The notes below the pieces were generated by a model. It saw only the letters and a program-made list of their open reading frames with translations. It searched no databases and had not been told where the DNA came from. Both the position numbers and the translations under genes were made by a program. This document shows, one piece after another, positions 10,791 to 24,015 of a DNA stretch of 64,000 nucleotides. Location of the stretch: NCBI GenBank assembly GCA_027923505.1, contig BROI01000008.1, positions 372,001 to 436,000 of the forward strand. Direction: 5' to 3'. How positions within the stretch are numbered: position 1 is the stretch's first letter; every line of letters begins with the position of its first letter. The stretch is from Mayamaea pseudoterrestris. Lineage: Eukaryota.

Positions 10791-13700
10791 ATGAAGCAAC
10801 GAGTCTTCGCATTTTTGCTCCGACGATTGCTCGGGCCTCTTTTAGACGAAAAATCATTGGAGAAGCTTCGCCAATCTCTTGACGTATCACTGCAGGATGG
10901 CAGATTGATTCTGACAAACGTTTGCCTCAACGCGCACTCAATCAATCGACGCTTCGAAAAGCATACGAGTTCACCAATACAGCTTCGTTCAGCAACTTTA
11001 AAGCGTCTGGAGATCCAACTCTCGATTTTAGAGACGGATGAGTCAGCCGCGGGTAGTAGTTTGACTTGGCGGGCGATGAAAATGGTTAATGTGGCGTCGT
11101 CAATAAACGCATCAAGCGAAACAAAACCGTCCGTTCAACTCTTTTGCGAGGTCCAAATGGATGGATTGCACATAGAAGTAGAACCGGCACAAAACAGTGC
11201 TCAAGACGAGCCAACAGACGCAGTAGCAAGCGAGGCAGCTGGCGGATTTTGGTCGCGATACGTTGACGCAGTCATGTCGTCGCTCCGTCTTTCGCTCCAG
11301 CTGAGCAACGTTTCAATGCGGTTGACATGCCCTTATACCGACAAGAGAGACGTCTGGATAGAGTGCTCAGCGATTAAATTGTGCTATCATGACATGTTGG
11401 GACAGATGTCGAGGAAGACCAAACACAAGTCTGCGCGTGACCATGGGGACCGAACAATCTTTCACAAAGCACTAGACGTGGTTAAGTTTTCCATCGCCAT
11501 TGGAGAGTCATCATGGGATTCGCCTGAAGGACCGATAGAGAATGAAAGTTCAAGTATTCAGCAATCCATTGGTTATGTAAGCGATCTGCGAATGCCTCTT
11601 GCCATGTTGGAGGATGTGCAGTTGAAGGTTTTGGCGACGCAACATCGACACGAGGATCAGGTAATTGAAATTCGGAACGATGTTCGATTGAATATGGCGC
11701 AACGAATGCATGTTACGCTAAATGCAGATGTGGTTCGACGTGTGCATCAAGTGCTGGAGCTTTTGGCGGAAAAAACGGAACACGTGCGTGAGCATTTGAA
11801 TCAGCAATCTCCCTCCGTCGATGTTCTGGAGGAGTACTGTGAGGATGAGGCAGCTATTAGTGTGGTCGCGTCGTTTGCAAAGCAGTACAATGAAGCGCGC
11901 ATGCTTGTGGACCAAAATTTTTTCCGCGGAGGTATACTTTTGCCAGCGGATGAGATCAATGGCGATGCCCTTTCATTTGATGCATTTTTTGATGCTAATG
12001 AATCGGGCCTTGGCCACTTTTCTAGCGTCTTGATGGAATCTATTGCGCCTGCTGGGGACAGAAACCAAGATACCCGTGACCGCCTAATGACAAAATTTCG
12101 ACTGGACGTGCCCGACTTGAGTTTGAAGCTTCTCTTTAATGGACCCGACGATTTTGGATACGTAAGGCACTCTGAAGAATACCTACTGATGACTATTTCG
12201 GATCTGAATGTAATTGCCTCGATGGCAACGAGCACGTGTGATGTTTGTTTGACGATTGTGCACATTGACGCGGAGCATTCGCAAGCTTTCGTTGCCCAAC
12301 AATCAACGAACGAGTATTTGTCGCGAGCGAGTGTCAGAAGGGTTGAAATAAGTGAGATCCTACGGTTTAAACGTGGTCATGCGGACGTTATTGTTCAGCC
12401 TCCATGTTTGTCAGTATCATTGTCGATCGATACGCTTTCCATCGTTGAAATAGAATGCATGGCCGAGCCAATTGAACTGACGTATGAACCAGAAACTGTA
12501 AGTGCCCTTGTTCACTTCTTTGGGTCCATCTCGGCAAGTCAGCTAAGCCGCCCGCAGACAATGTCGTCGCAAGCGACCGAGAGTATTCTTTCGCGAAACT
12601 TGACTATCTCCGCCGCATGTCCATCGATAACTCTCATTCAGCCGATACCAGACGACAGAGACTGGTCCACCTTGTTTCGGCGATGCAGTTACGTCAACTA
12701 CATATCGCTCCAGCGCCATGGGGCGATTGGTCTTTCCATCTATAGCGCCGTTTTTAAACTGAATAGCGATGATGGGCAGCCCTTTTGCTGTGTTACTTTG
12801 AATCAAATAAATGCACATGTTTTAGCGCGAAGGTCGGCAGACGATGATGCAGCTCTTTGTTTCGATGTCTTCTCTCTGTCAAGTCACGATGAGTTGGATT
12901 TAAATCCGCTTTGTATCAAAGTCTGGCAAAACGACAAACGCCAGGACAGCAATCGATGCTCTGAGTTGTTTCCGCGTACCCCAGCGGTGTCATCGTTTAA
13001 GGCCCGACAGCAAGACGACGACGAGGACAATAGAATTGATCGAGTACTATTTTCAGAAACGAAAGGGGTCCCTCTTGCGACAAGGAGAGATCTGAGAGGA
13101 AGGGATGTGCAATCCGACATGATTGCAGCCACGTCTAGAAGCGACATTCTGATAGAGATTGACATACCTAACTGCGCGGGGGACTTAACAACTACCGAAC
13201 TAATGGTTTTGAAATCGATTCTTGATTCTGTTATTGCTGTTGGTCAAACGAAATGTCATGCCGAGGTTAAGACAGATACTGATCCAGCTTACGCAGACAA
13301 GGTCAGCTTTTGCGTGTCAATTCATTGCGACAATGCTTCCTTCGCCCTGCACGCTTCGCACCCGCAATCTAAATGCGATGACTACCTGCTGGACTCTATT
13401 CTTGTTAATTTTTGCATCGTCAAAATCCATAGCTTGCATCAAGCTGAAAGATTTATTCATGCGCGAGTACTTGCTGAAGAAATTGACTGGTTTGATTCGA
13501 CGAACTCCCGATCATCAAGCCAGGGAGAATTCTTGGGTTTGAGAAGTCCGTCACCGCTTGCTCGAAGCTTGTCTTATGGCCATTGCTTGTCGAAGGCTAG
13601 TGTGAATCCGGTATTCCATCGGTCACATCTTTTTCAGCCTATTTCTCGACAAAGTCCCGCAATTGCAATTGACATTGTGAACAATTCAAAAAAATGTCGT

Positions 13701-16455
13701 CGACAACACAATCTTAACATAACAATATACGACAGTACGATTCGATATGCGCAGGATGAAGTCTTTGCGGAACGCCTGCTTAACATTATAAATGGCATAG
13801 CGGAAGTGACGAAGCAAGGAAGCTTCACTACGCCTAAGTCTGATCGAGTAACGCGCGCCTTCCTGTCATTTGCGGACTGCAACATCGATTACTCTTCGTC
13901 GTCTAAATTGAAAACAAAGTCCCGCATGATAGTGCGCATCGGCGACCTCCGAATTTCCAGCAATATGGTGTCGCCACGACCCGCGAAGCAAGCTTTCAGT
14001 TTGACTCTTGGCGACGTAGCCTTGTATCTGTGCAAACAGCGCCACTCATACAATTTTGAAAACGCACAAATTCCACGCAACGCGATATATCTCCAGCGAA
14101 ACCAGCTAGACTGCGAAGCTGGACTTACATCTGTCAGGGCTTTGGACCTCCTGGGCTGTATCAATGTCGCAACGATCGATTCATTTGATGCTGTTGTCAC
14201 TTTTGCGCGCGATGAGCCCATACGCGCGATAGACGCATACATGCAAGCAAACTTGACTATTGGTGAGCTAAGTGTATATGTGTGCAAAGATTCATTCGAT
14301 AGACTGTTTGCGACATTGTCGGAGCTTACGACCGAGCTATCTGCACTTAATGCGAAAGCGCTTGATGATTTGAGAGAGTGCTCGTATCCCGAATGTGCTG
14401 GAACGGGCCGAATCAAACCGCTGAGCAAAAGCAGTTCTTCTTCAAAACAAATCGTCGGCGCATTGGACAAGACGAATTTAGACGGGAGCAGCGTTGTCCG
14501 AGATTTTTTTCTTGACGGGTATGATTGGACAACAGTCGACCAAGCTGAATCGGGGCTTGACATGAGTGCTGGTGAGGAACAGTCTTCTCGATGGTACGAC
14601 GAAATCAGGAGCGACAGTACGTCTGCCAGCCCAAATAATTCTTTGACTCGAGCGTTCAATACGAGTGATTCACGCGCTCCTCCTATGCAACAAAGTCCTC
14701 GCATAATGACGGACCATTTTCCACCTCAAACTGCTTCCGATCCGCCGCATGATGCAGTAGACTTTGGGATCGGGGCGCTGATTGATACGGCCACAACAAA
14801 AGCGCAGCTTAATCACCGCATTATAATTCATGATTTTACATTAAGGGTTCGGATGTTTGATGGGTTCGATTGGCCAGATTTGGTGGACAAAAGACAGCGA
14901 CGATCAGGCACGAAAGGAAAATTTATAATCGACGACACCGCGCGGCTCAGCCCCGAGGAGAATTTTGAAATTGACGACGAGCTTGCTCTGCCGTCGAAGA
15001 CGACAGCGATGGATTTGAAACATAAGCTTGTGGGAGATCTTTTGCTAGGCGCACCGGATACTCAGTCTGGATTATTTAAAGGCACCCTTTTGCCCGACGA
15101 AAAAAGCCAGGTCTTGATTCAGCAAGCGGAAAAACGACGTCTAGGCAGGAAATCTGCTAACTTTTTTCAATTTGCTTTGTCTGGAGTAAGTGGTAGGTTT
15201 GAGTCGCTATGTAAGTCCAAAGTGCATCGACTAGCGTCATGCGTCAATGTTACGGTCCAAGACTTCTTTGCGGCAGAGACGATCAGTGGCTGCCGGCCGG
15301 TCAAAATGGTTGGAGAGTGGCTGAGCGATGCTGACCATCCCCGAGAAACTGCCGAAGGCTTGTTTACGATGAAGGTAAGGTCGTGAAATCTGTTGTCGTC
15401 CGTCAACTAATCTACTCTCCTGATCCATGCACGTCAACTTTTATTCTTTACAGCTTATAACATGGCACCCGAAAGCCCGTGTCATGCTTAACAATAAAAT
15501 AGCCAATGATGAATGTGAAGCTGTCATTAAGATTCTTCCATTGAGATGTACGCTTGACCAGCGTGCGATTCGATTCGTACGCATTTTTGTTCGGCAGGAT
15601 TCTGACGATAACGACTACAGTACGAATGCAGAAGAGGAACAGTACTGGCTGCCGCCTTCAATGTTTACTTCATTTCGCTTTGAACCATTTAAGTTGAAAA
15701 TTGACTACCGACCCGAAAAATTTGATACGGATGCAATTCGGAACGGTGCAATTGTCGAGCTCATCAACCTGTCTCCGATAGATTCCATGGTTTTAACGCT
15801 TCAAATGGTAAATATTTCAGATACTATAGGGTTTGGCAACGTCTTGTCGTCGGCTGCTCGGTCATGGATCGATGATGTATGTTCGACGCAGCTTGTCAAG
15901 TTCTTGACCAACTCGCGGCCGCTCGAACCATTCAAGACGGTCGGCTTAGGTGTAAGCGACCTCATTGTCCTTCCATTGGAAGCTTTCCAAAACGGCGAGA
16001 GCGTGAAAAAGGCACTTCGCGCTGGTGCCAAGTCTTTATCTAAAGCGGTCATTTACGAAGCATTCACTGTCACTTCCCGTGCGACTGAATTCATTGCCGA
16101 CCAGATTTCCAGGCTCTCAGTGAGCTCCATTGGAAGCAATACGTTACCATCACGGCCACTGATGGCTCCGCGCGGGGTCTTGGACACTACTCCTCATGTG
16201 GTGGAAAGCATTACTCGGGGCCTACAAGCGGCCAACTACAAAATTCTGGTGGTGCCTTATCGCGAATATAGACGTAGTGGAACGAAGGGAGCCGTCACGA
16301 GTGTTATAAGAGGCATTCTAGTGGCTATTGCGGCTCCAGCGAGCGGCGCGGTGGAAGCCCTATCTTATGGAATGATTGGCGCTCGCAACCAGCTCGCTCC
16401 CGAGATCCGCAAGGAGGAGGAAGCAAACCAACGCGGGTTGCACTGGGAAAGATGA
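10791..16455 (+). CDS. ATG2: Autophagy-related protein 2 (intron 15375-15453)
   Basis: Chorein-N-like start (FAFLLRRLLGPLL), RMFDGFDW, C-terminal LPLRCTLDQRAIRF and KIDYRPEK plus ATG_C-like helical tail; ~1860 aa after splicing. Confidence 0.85.
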
Positions 16456-16531
16456 ATGCGTCTAGCGCCAATCTTCGTGTCTTTTGAGTAATTCTCGCAT
16501 AATGAATATCATTGCATAACTATAAACGACT

Positions 16532-17407
16532 TTATAACTTAAATTTGCTAGCTTTGAGTATTTTCGCCGCCTCTTTTTCCGCCTTCTCTGGGTTCACTTT
16601 GTTCGTCCACTTGATCATGGCTTCAATCCCTTTCTCGGTGGATGTACCAGAGCCTTCCACTTCGACAAGCTGTTTCTTTTGTTCCTGCAGAGCCACCTGT
16701 AGCAACGATTGTAGTTCAGAGGCATGCTTCTTCGCGAAGTTTTGAAAACTTGGACATTCGTCCATGTTGCGCGTATCGAGTAAATGTCCAGGATTAGATG
16801 CGGTGGTGCAAACGTAGACACCGGGAAAGCCATCAAGCGGCTCATAGTCAACTGGAACTGTTTTACTGGCATGTTTCTTGGGCCAATCAATGGCATACCA
16901 CCAACGACACAATAATCGCTGCACGAGGAGTCCCTTGACGCATTCCGTCCCGTAAAATGCTTCGGAAGCGAACTCGTATTTCTTGTTACAAGAGCTGGAC
17001 GATGAAGCAGTCGACGACTTCGTCGTTTCTGGCTTCGCTTTCTTTGCTTTTGGCGCGTCGGATGTTGTCTTTTTCTTTTTTTGTGCAGCGCTTCCATTAC
17101 TGGCATTGCTCGCCGCAGACAAAGACCTTTTTGGTTCCTTCTTCTTGATGAGATTCGCAAGGGGAACATCATCGTCGTCGTCGTCACTTTCTTCATCGTA
17201 CTTGATGGACGCTTTTGAATTGTTTCGTCGGGGACTAGATCGCGAATTGTCGGTGTTTAAACCTGGCGTCTTGAGCGAGGCAATCGGTTCATCGTCATCA
17301 TCTCGATCGTCGTCAGAGCTTTGTGCGGCGGCGGAAGACGAGGCCTTGATATTGTCATCTTCACTGCCTCGAAATTCTTCCTCCTCGCTGCTGCTTTCGT
17401 CGCTCAT
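16532..17407 (-). CDS. Conserved hypothetical protein (acidic/Lys-rich N-terminus, QRLLCRWWYAIDWP domain)
   Basis: 291-aa ATG-initiated ORF with a globular-looking C-terminal half; no function recognised. Confidence 0.7.
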   Translation of the reverse strand: MSDESSSEEEEFRGSEDDNIKASSSAAAQSSDDDRDDDDEPIASLKTPGLNTDNSRSSPRRNNSKASIKYDEESDDDDDDVPLANLIKKKEPKRSLSAASNASNGSAAQKKKKTTSDAPKAKKAKPETTKSSTASSSSSCNKKYEFASEAFYGTECVKGLLVQRLLCRWWYAIDWPKKHASKTVPVDYEPLDGFPGVYVCTTASNPGHLLDTRNMDECPSFQNFAKKHASELQSLLQVALQEQKKQLVEVEGSGTSTEKGIEAMIKWTNKVNPEKAEKEAAKILKASKFKL

Positions 17408-17701
17408 GCTCGTTCCGTATGCTGTGTTACGGTAGTGAGATGAAGTAAATCATGTACTCTTTTGTGCAGCGCTCGACTCTGCGGACTTGGTCGAAAATGA
17501 AAGGCAAGGCGATGAGGTTGGAAAAGCTCAACTCTTTCTGACTGATCAATTTGCGTCACGCACCTCTCGATTCTCGATTCGTTCCACTCTCTTGACGCGC
17601 ACTTTTGATCACGGCGCACCGTTATCTACCTAGCGGCTTGATCAACCACAAGCTCTTATATATGAATAGTGAAATCCTTATCGTATTTTATCGAGCGCCT
17701 T

Positions 17702-18550
17702 ATGTTCCAAGCAATACGGAAGTGTGCACCGACGGCAGGCTGTCCACTCCGACGATGGCATGCCGACAACAACCGAAAGGACATCGCTCGCTTTACAGTG
17801 AAACGATGTTATCCGTCTTTTTCCAACATAATCGACAGTAAACACAAAAACCGAAATTTCTCGACGACCTCCAGTACAACTAGTAGTACCGAGACTGTAC
17901 TTTTCCAACGACCTTCCTCAAGGAACGATTTGATATTGAAATCCGCCATATTCACTGGGACCTTCCACACTACCTACTGGATGTGGTACATATATGATTT
18001 CATACCACTTGTCAACAACTCAAGCATGCCAGAGCTACACATTGATCCAGTGTTGGGATGGACAGGGCTTGTCTTTGCGGTTGCCATTCAAGCCATGGTT
18101 GTTGTGTATCCAAAGAGACTCGTGTCAAAACTTTCACTGCTTGAAACAACTAGCAAAGCAAGCAATACAACATCATCACCAATGCTTCATCTCTACACGT
18201 ACTCTCTACTAGTGCGACCAACCAAAGTCCCAATCAAGTTCAAAGTTGGAGAGCTGACGCTTGACTCCATGTCACCCGAGGCGCAGCAAATTCTGTACGA
18301 GTATCGAGGGAACCTCCAGCTCTTTCGCGGCCGACTGGGCCTCAAGGCCAAAAAATCATCCATTCCGTTTCTGCTCGATATACGACATGACTCGGACGTA
18401 TTGGAACCACGACTGTTGCTCCAAGCTGTGCTAGCTGACAAGGATTTACCCAAACAGCACCGAGCGACTGACAATCAGCCGCTGCGGGCAGCCTCGCTCT
18501 CGGGCAAAGTACGACGGCGGAAAGGAGGACTGCAACAGCGAAGAAGGTAG
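17702..18550 (+). CDS. Hypothetical two-TM membrane protein, probable mitochondrial presequence (TMEM223/186-like)
   Basis: Arg/Ser-rich N-terminus and two hydrophobic segments; family assignment is tentative. Confidence 0.55.
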   Translation: MFQAIRKCAPTAGCPLRRWHADNNRKDIARFTVKRCYPSFSNIIDSKHKNRNFSTTSSTTSSTETVLFQRPSSRNDLILKSAIFTGTFHTTYWMWYIYDFIPLVNNSSMPELHIDPVLGWTGLVFAVAIQAMVVVYPKRLVSKLSLLETTSKASNTTSSPMLHLYTYSLLVRPTKVPIKFKVGELTLDSMSPEAQQILYEYRGNLQLFRGRLGLKAKKSSIPFLLDIRHDSDVLEPRLLLQAVLADKDLPKQHRATDNQPLRAASLSGKVRRRKGGLQQRRR

Positions 18551-18608
18551 ATTAATAGTTACTTGATGCATAGATATGGTTAAACTTGAAATGGGCGATT
18601 TGCCGCAG

Positions 18609-19127
18609 CTATAAAGGACTACACTTTTGGCATGCCGCCGGACATTTCTCCTTCATGAACTTGGCATTCGCCTCACATTCTCCTTTTGATGCCCAAACAG
18701 TGCAAAAAGGATCATAATTTCTACAGGACTTCAAGTAACGCGGATTAATTGCGATTCGTTCCTGCATGTATTCGTGTGTCTTGACGAACTGCGCAAAGAA
18801 TTTGCCATGGTCATTGTCGTCTGAGTGTTTTATTTGGACACACTCAATATGCGGACTCATGCAAGAGTCACAGCTTTTGGGACAATGTACAAGCATGAAG
18901 CGAGGATTACGTGAGCATTCATTTTTATCCGACCATTCACTGCACTTGTCGACCGTGTCCTCGCAAAAAAGTGTCTTGTCATGGCTACTTGGCGAGTAGC
19001 AGTAAAAATGATTCTCGTCCTTGGGCGATGGAAGACACTCGCCTGTCGAATCTTTGGAGTAGGTGATTGGAAGGACGATGCAAGACGCTACTAGTGCCAG
19101 GAGCCGTCGAAGGTCCATGGTGATCAC
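18609..19127 (-). CDS. Secreted ShKT-domain protein (two ShK domains)
   Basis: Signal peptide; CEDTVDKCSEWSDKNECSRNPRFMLVHCPKSCDSC and CRNYDPFCTVWASKGECEANAKFMKEKCPAACQKC. Confidence 0.9.
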   Translation of the reverse strand: MITMDLRRLLALVASCIVLPITYSKDSTGECLPSPKDENHFYCYSPSSHDKTLFCEDTVDKCSEWSDKNECSRNPRFMLVHCPKSCDSCMSPHIECVQIKHSDDNDHGKFFAQFVKTHEYMQERIAINPRYLKSCRNYDPFCTVWASKGECEANAKFMKEKCPAACQKCSPL

Positions 19128-19379
19128 TGATCATGGATCATGGTGGTCGAAAAGATGTGAAGTCCGCGAGCGATGCGAGGCGAACGAGCATGACTGCAAG
19201 AATGACCATAAATGTCGGATCGGTTCTTGCGCATTGGCGGTTGACGGACGATGGCTGGACGATCGTGGGCGGCGGTGACCATGATGCGAACAAGCCAGAT
19301 TTCACCTTGAGCTACAAGTAGTAGTAAGCATCAACGCTTTATCTAGACGACTGCAAAAAGGGCAAATATTACAAGAAAC

Positions 19380-21337
19380 ATGTCAAGCAACGAAATGAAA
19401 GAAAGCGGCAAGTCTCTGAACGTTTTTATGTCATCAAAGGGGCCAGTATTTGACGACGTTGACGCAGCCTTTGACGCAGCAGCAACGACGGCGTCTCCAG
19501 CAGCAAGCATCGCTAATGAAAGTACAAAACCATTGACGAATGACAAGGGAAAGTCTCGCAAGGATGTTCGATTTTCATTGGAGAGCAAGTCTGTCACGGT
19601 TGGAACGGAAACGCTTGCAAGTCTTGGAGTTACTACAGTGACTTCTCGTTCACGCTCATTGATCGACACGGATCGCCTCTCATTGAGCCCTTCAGATATA
19701 AGTCGCGCCTCCACTGCGCCTCCAAAGCCTCTCGAGAAGGATACGTTGGAGGAAGAGGCAGAAGAGTTGGAAGACGAGAAGGAAGCTGAAGATGAAGAGC
19801 CCATTGTTGCGGATCCTTCAAATGACGAGCAAGCTGCACCCTTGCGAACGAACCAGCCGGACGACGAAGACAAGTATGGTGGAGACTTTCTAGATAACCA
19901 GGACGACGACGACGACGACGACGACGAAGACGATGAACTGCTTCCGCCTCCGCCGCCCGACTCACCAGAACCCCAAAGGCCCGATGAAGACGACGCAGCC
20001 ATCGTAGCGTCCTCATCCCCTACTGATTTTCCAAACGCGGACGACGACGAGGACGGAGAAGAAGATCAGGATGGCTTTGGATACGAAATGGCGAACAACG
20101 AGGAAGGTGCAGTCACTCCTGCTCAAAAGTCAGCCAAAGCAAACAACAAGGACAAGCGCTCTAAGAAGCGTGATCCTTCCGACGGCTCCGAAGACGAAAA
20201 CAGCGAGGATGGCACGCGACAGTTTACGGTAGACGCCAAGAATAAGAAGAAAAAGAAGTCAAAAAAGCGCGAGGTGGATGAGTCAGAGGAGAAAACGCCA
20301 ATGCCTCGAAAGAAGGCTAAACGCCTAAAGGCAGCAGCATATGTCCCTGGAACGGTGTTTCCAAAAGGCATTGCCATGCCGTACGAGTACACGTCAGTCC
20401 CCGTTTCCAATTTCAAGGACTACGATCATGATGGAAAAGCTGTCCGTCGCTCCCAGCGAGCCCGTATTCCCCCGCTTGAGTTTTGGAAGGGCGAGAAAGT
20501 CACGTGGGGACCATGTGAGGAGTTTGATGATCCCCTTTTCGATTCTGTAGCCAACATGCCAGTTCCCATTGCCATCGAACAGGCGCAGCCAACACCCTAT
20601 AAGCAGCGCAAGGTCCCTACGACGAAGAAGAAACATCCTGAGAAGGGAATGGATTCGTCGAAGAAGAGTCACAAGAATGGTCACGGCGTGGTTGAGATGG
20701 AGCCTTTTGACAACACCAAGATTCGCAAAAAGTACCCGGGTATGGTATTTGACAGCGACGAGGCTTACCTGTGGGACGAAGCTACGGAGGAATCGACGGA
20801 TTTGAGTAAGAATTTTAGATTAATGACGTCGCTTGCTCTACTTGCCGGTCTCCATCGTTGCTCACTGACACTATTGCGTTCTTTCTGTTTCAAACAGAGG
20901 TGCTTGGATACAAGGATTCCCTTCCCGCGCGAGCACTCCCGATGGGAAGTGGCCGACAAGCTTCCGAAGGGAAGGTCGTCTGCCGAGCGGCGCAAGCATT
21001 TAACATTTCAAACGCTGATTCTCCTAGTCCTGGATATCTCATGGGCAATCTAATTTTACCTCCGCGAGGAATCAAGGACGCGGAGTCTGTCGGAACGTGC
21101 GCCCAGACCTTCACTTGTGTCTACGGCCAGCCAGGAGCTATTGAAGTCGCCTTTGGTGACCCTGATGTTCGCGATGGAACTCTCGATCCACGAAACGCCT
21201 CGCGGTACTTTGTCAAGCAAGGCGACATGTTCCGTATTCCACCTGGCAATTGTTACCGCCTCGAGAACCATTCTCGTGAGGCGGAGGCTTACTTGACCTG
21301 GACGATTATTCGCCCAAGTCTCAATGATAGCGACTAA
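19380..21337 (+). CDS. CENPC: Kinetochore protein CENP-C/Mif2 (intron 20806-20897)
   Basis: CENP-C motif RRSQRARIPPLEFWKGE; C-terminal cupin (GNLILPPRGIKDAESV...GDMFRIPPGNCYRLEN). Confidence 0.85.
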
Positions 21338-22143
21338 CTGCACAGCTTTATTCGCACTCGATCTTTGAGTTGCACTGGATGGCTAAGTTTGCAATATGAT
21401 CTCTGTATACAATTCTAAAATTACATCCACAAAAAATATAAAATGTTACGTGTATTAGTTCAAATCATGTCTCTATATGGCTAACAATATGAAACTATGC
21501 AATGGTTCCAGTGCGTTAGCAAAGTGATGAAGCGAAAGTGGGATGAAGAATCTGTGGGCTGCACCTCATGGGAATGCAGCCTTTTGCAACACCATGCCAC
21601 CAACAGCTGAGTGTAATAATGAACGTTGTTGCTATAGGTCGAAACACTTGTTACAAGCGCTTCGCTATCACACCGGTAGAAATATACGGTAGTCAAGAAG
21701 GTCCTTCGGCGATGCGAATCTGGCTACCGTAGATCCATGACGTGTCATTCCTTTTTCAATCGCGCTTGATTAGGTGACGGGTCGCTTTGGCTGAAGTGCA
21801 TGACGCGCTCACGATTTGGCTCGTTGGTGTGTTCTTCAGACGGCCGTTCTTTGCCAGCGCTGCTCCTCCTTTCGAGTATATACGAAAGACTCGAGCAAAA
21901 GACCGTGGAGAACTGGTTGTTGATTAGCATTCACCCAATATTTTGTGCGAGATACCTGTCGAGGGAAGAAGGAAGATACACCAAGTGGAGACGAGTCGGT
22001 TCTGTTCCATTGCTCGTCGAATATTGGAAGCAAGGACAGAACGAAGCAGCGAGAACTCTATCGATTGACGTGTGGAGTTTTTAACGTCTATCAACTACTT
22101 TGCTTGAACAAGACATTGAATTGTTCACTAGTTATAGAACAAC

Positions 22144-23781
22144 ATGTCGGGACCTCCGTTATATGCACAGCAACGACCAAGCACAGCTTCTCCTGCCGAA
22201 GATTGCCGAGATTACCTACGCACTGGACGCTGTAAATACGGGGGACAGTGCAAGTACCATCATCCAGCGAATGTACAGAGCGGAGGAGGTTTGCGAGGCC
22301 CCATTGACCCAAATGAACCGCTCTTTCCAGTTCGGCCGAATGAACCCACGTGCCAATATTACTTGAAACATGGCACTTGCAAGTTTGGCCAAGCGTGCAA
22401 GTTTAATCATCCTCCGCACGGTCAACAACCTTTGAAGGCGGTCATAAACGGAAACAACTCAGCGGCTGTTTTGGTTAATGTCACTCGCAATGAAGGACAG
22501 CATCAAGTCTTGTTTGATCAAGTTGCGACGGATGCGAATGGTAATCTCATGATGCTCCAGTTCCTTCCACAACGACCCGACGAACCAGATTGCATCTATT
22601 TTCTTAAAAATGGTCGCTGCAAGTATGGAGGCACCTGTCGATACCACCATCCCATTAACTTGAATCAACGTCGATTTAACTCTGGGGGAGGAGGAGCAGC
22701 AGACGACCAGCGGCGCAACCGATCGAATGCGCAGGACCAGTATCGAGTGGCGCCAAATGTTCAGTATGTCAGCCAGCTTGTACCTGCCTTTGCGCATAAC
22801 AACGTTTCGGATGGACAACCAGTCACTTATTACAAAATAGACAGCACTTCAGTTTCACAAGGGTTTAAGCCGGTGCAGATTGTTTCAGCAGCAGCAACAG
22901 CCACAGCAGCAGATGGGACAGCAACCTCGTTCGCAGTTCCATTGAATGATGCCGTCGCAGGCTCATCGTCAACGTCTTTGGCTTCATCGTTTGAGACAGC
23001 AGGTTCCACTATGGATCATTTAGGAGACGCTTCGGGCAACATCTGGAATCGAGCAAGGCGACATGGAAGTGGCGGCAGCCTTAACACAAGCATCGCCGAA
23101 GCGAGTCAGACTCGCATGCACAATGTTGCTAGCGAAGGAAACATTCGCCAACGGCTGCGTGCGGCCTCGTATGGAAGCGACTGCAATGGATCTCAATATG
23201 ACACTTCCACCATGACCTCAGCGACAAGCGTGCAAAGTATGAGTCGAAACACATCGGCCGGTTCCTGGCGAAACGATCGTCCATCAGAGGCCTCGCGCCG
23301 ACCACCTCAAAATAGTCAGTACGCTCTGCAGGTACCAAGCGGTCAGTCACAGCATATTTCGAGTAAGCGCTCGCCTCAAATTCGCGATCAAGCTACGATC
23401 CGCCGCAGCTCTCGAGCACGTGGCCAGCAGTCAGAGGAAAATGATGAAGGACTGACAATGATGACATCGGCCCTTTTGACCATGCTTGACACGACGGAAG
23501 AAGCTGGCGTAGGAATTAACGGTGATGAAGACGAAAGGTACCCTTCAGCCTCGTATCATATGGAGCCGACGGTTTTTGAGGAGCAGTTTGAGAGAATGGC
23601 GATGCAACAACCTCCTCCAGGTCTGGGCCCTGGCAACAACTCGGCTCGGTCCTCGTGGGCAGCGACTTTACAGGGTTCATCAAATCTTTATGGGGCATCC
23701 CGCAACCATCCTAACGGCCAAATGGAATCATTGGTCGACCAGTCATCTCAAGATGCCGATCTCGGCTTGTACTTTCCGTAA
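22144..23781 (+). CDS. Tandem CCCH zinc-finger RNA-binding protein
   Basis: Three C-x8-C-x5-C-x3-H fingers, two of them led by RPNEP/RPDEP. Confidence 0.9.
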   Translation: MSGPPLYAQQRPSTASPAEDCRDYLRTGRCKYGGQCKYHHPANVQSGGGLRGPIDPNEPLFPVRPNEPTCQYYLKHGTCKFGQACKFNHPPHGQQPLKAVINGNNSAAVLVNVTRNEGQHQVLFDQVATDANGNLMMLQFLPQRPDEPDCIYFLKNGRCKYGGTCRYHHPINLNQRRFNSGGGGAADDQRRNRSNAQDQYRVAPNVQYVSQLVPAFAHNNVSDGQPVTYYKIDSTSVSQGFKPVQIVSAAATATAADGTATSFAVPLNDAVAGSSSTSLASSFETAGSTMDHLGDASGNIWNRARRHGSGGSLNTSIAEASQTRMHNVASEGNIRQRLRAASYGSDCNGSQYDTSTMTSATSVQSMSRNTSAGSWRNDRPSEASRRPPQNSQYALQVPSGQSQHISSKRSPQIRDQATIRRSSRARGQQSEENDEGLTMMTSALLTMLDTTEEAGVGINGDEDERYPSASYHMEPTVFEEQFERMAMQQPPPGLGPGNNSARSSWAATLQGSSNLYGASRNHPNGQMESLVDQSSQDADLGLYFP

Positions 23782-24015
23782 AAAGTTTTAATGAGCTGCC
23801 ATTTGGAGTCCTTGTTTATATGCAGCTATAACGCTAACATTGGCACTTGTTGAATGGATATTTTGATTTTCTGTTTGTTGTTTGTGACAGTCGATAGAAT
23901 ATGGGCTGGCCGCTGTTGGCCTTTACCCAGAGACATAAAGAAACATATATTTTTCATCATTTCAAGCGACGAAGGCGTTGGAGAATAACGTCAAAAAAAT
24001 AAACAACGCCAAATT

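Noticed and set aside
13889..14704. 271-aa minus-strand ORF inside ATG2, and similar antisense ORFs at 19343-20002, 35147-35758 and 45338-45829
   Set aside because: Mirror ORFs of well-supported genes on the other strand, explained by codon bias or low-complexity sequence.
19902..19935. (GAC)n trinucleotide run
   Set aside because: Ordinary poly-Asp coding tract in CENP-C.
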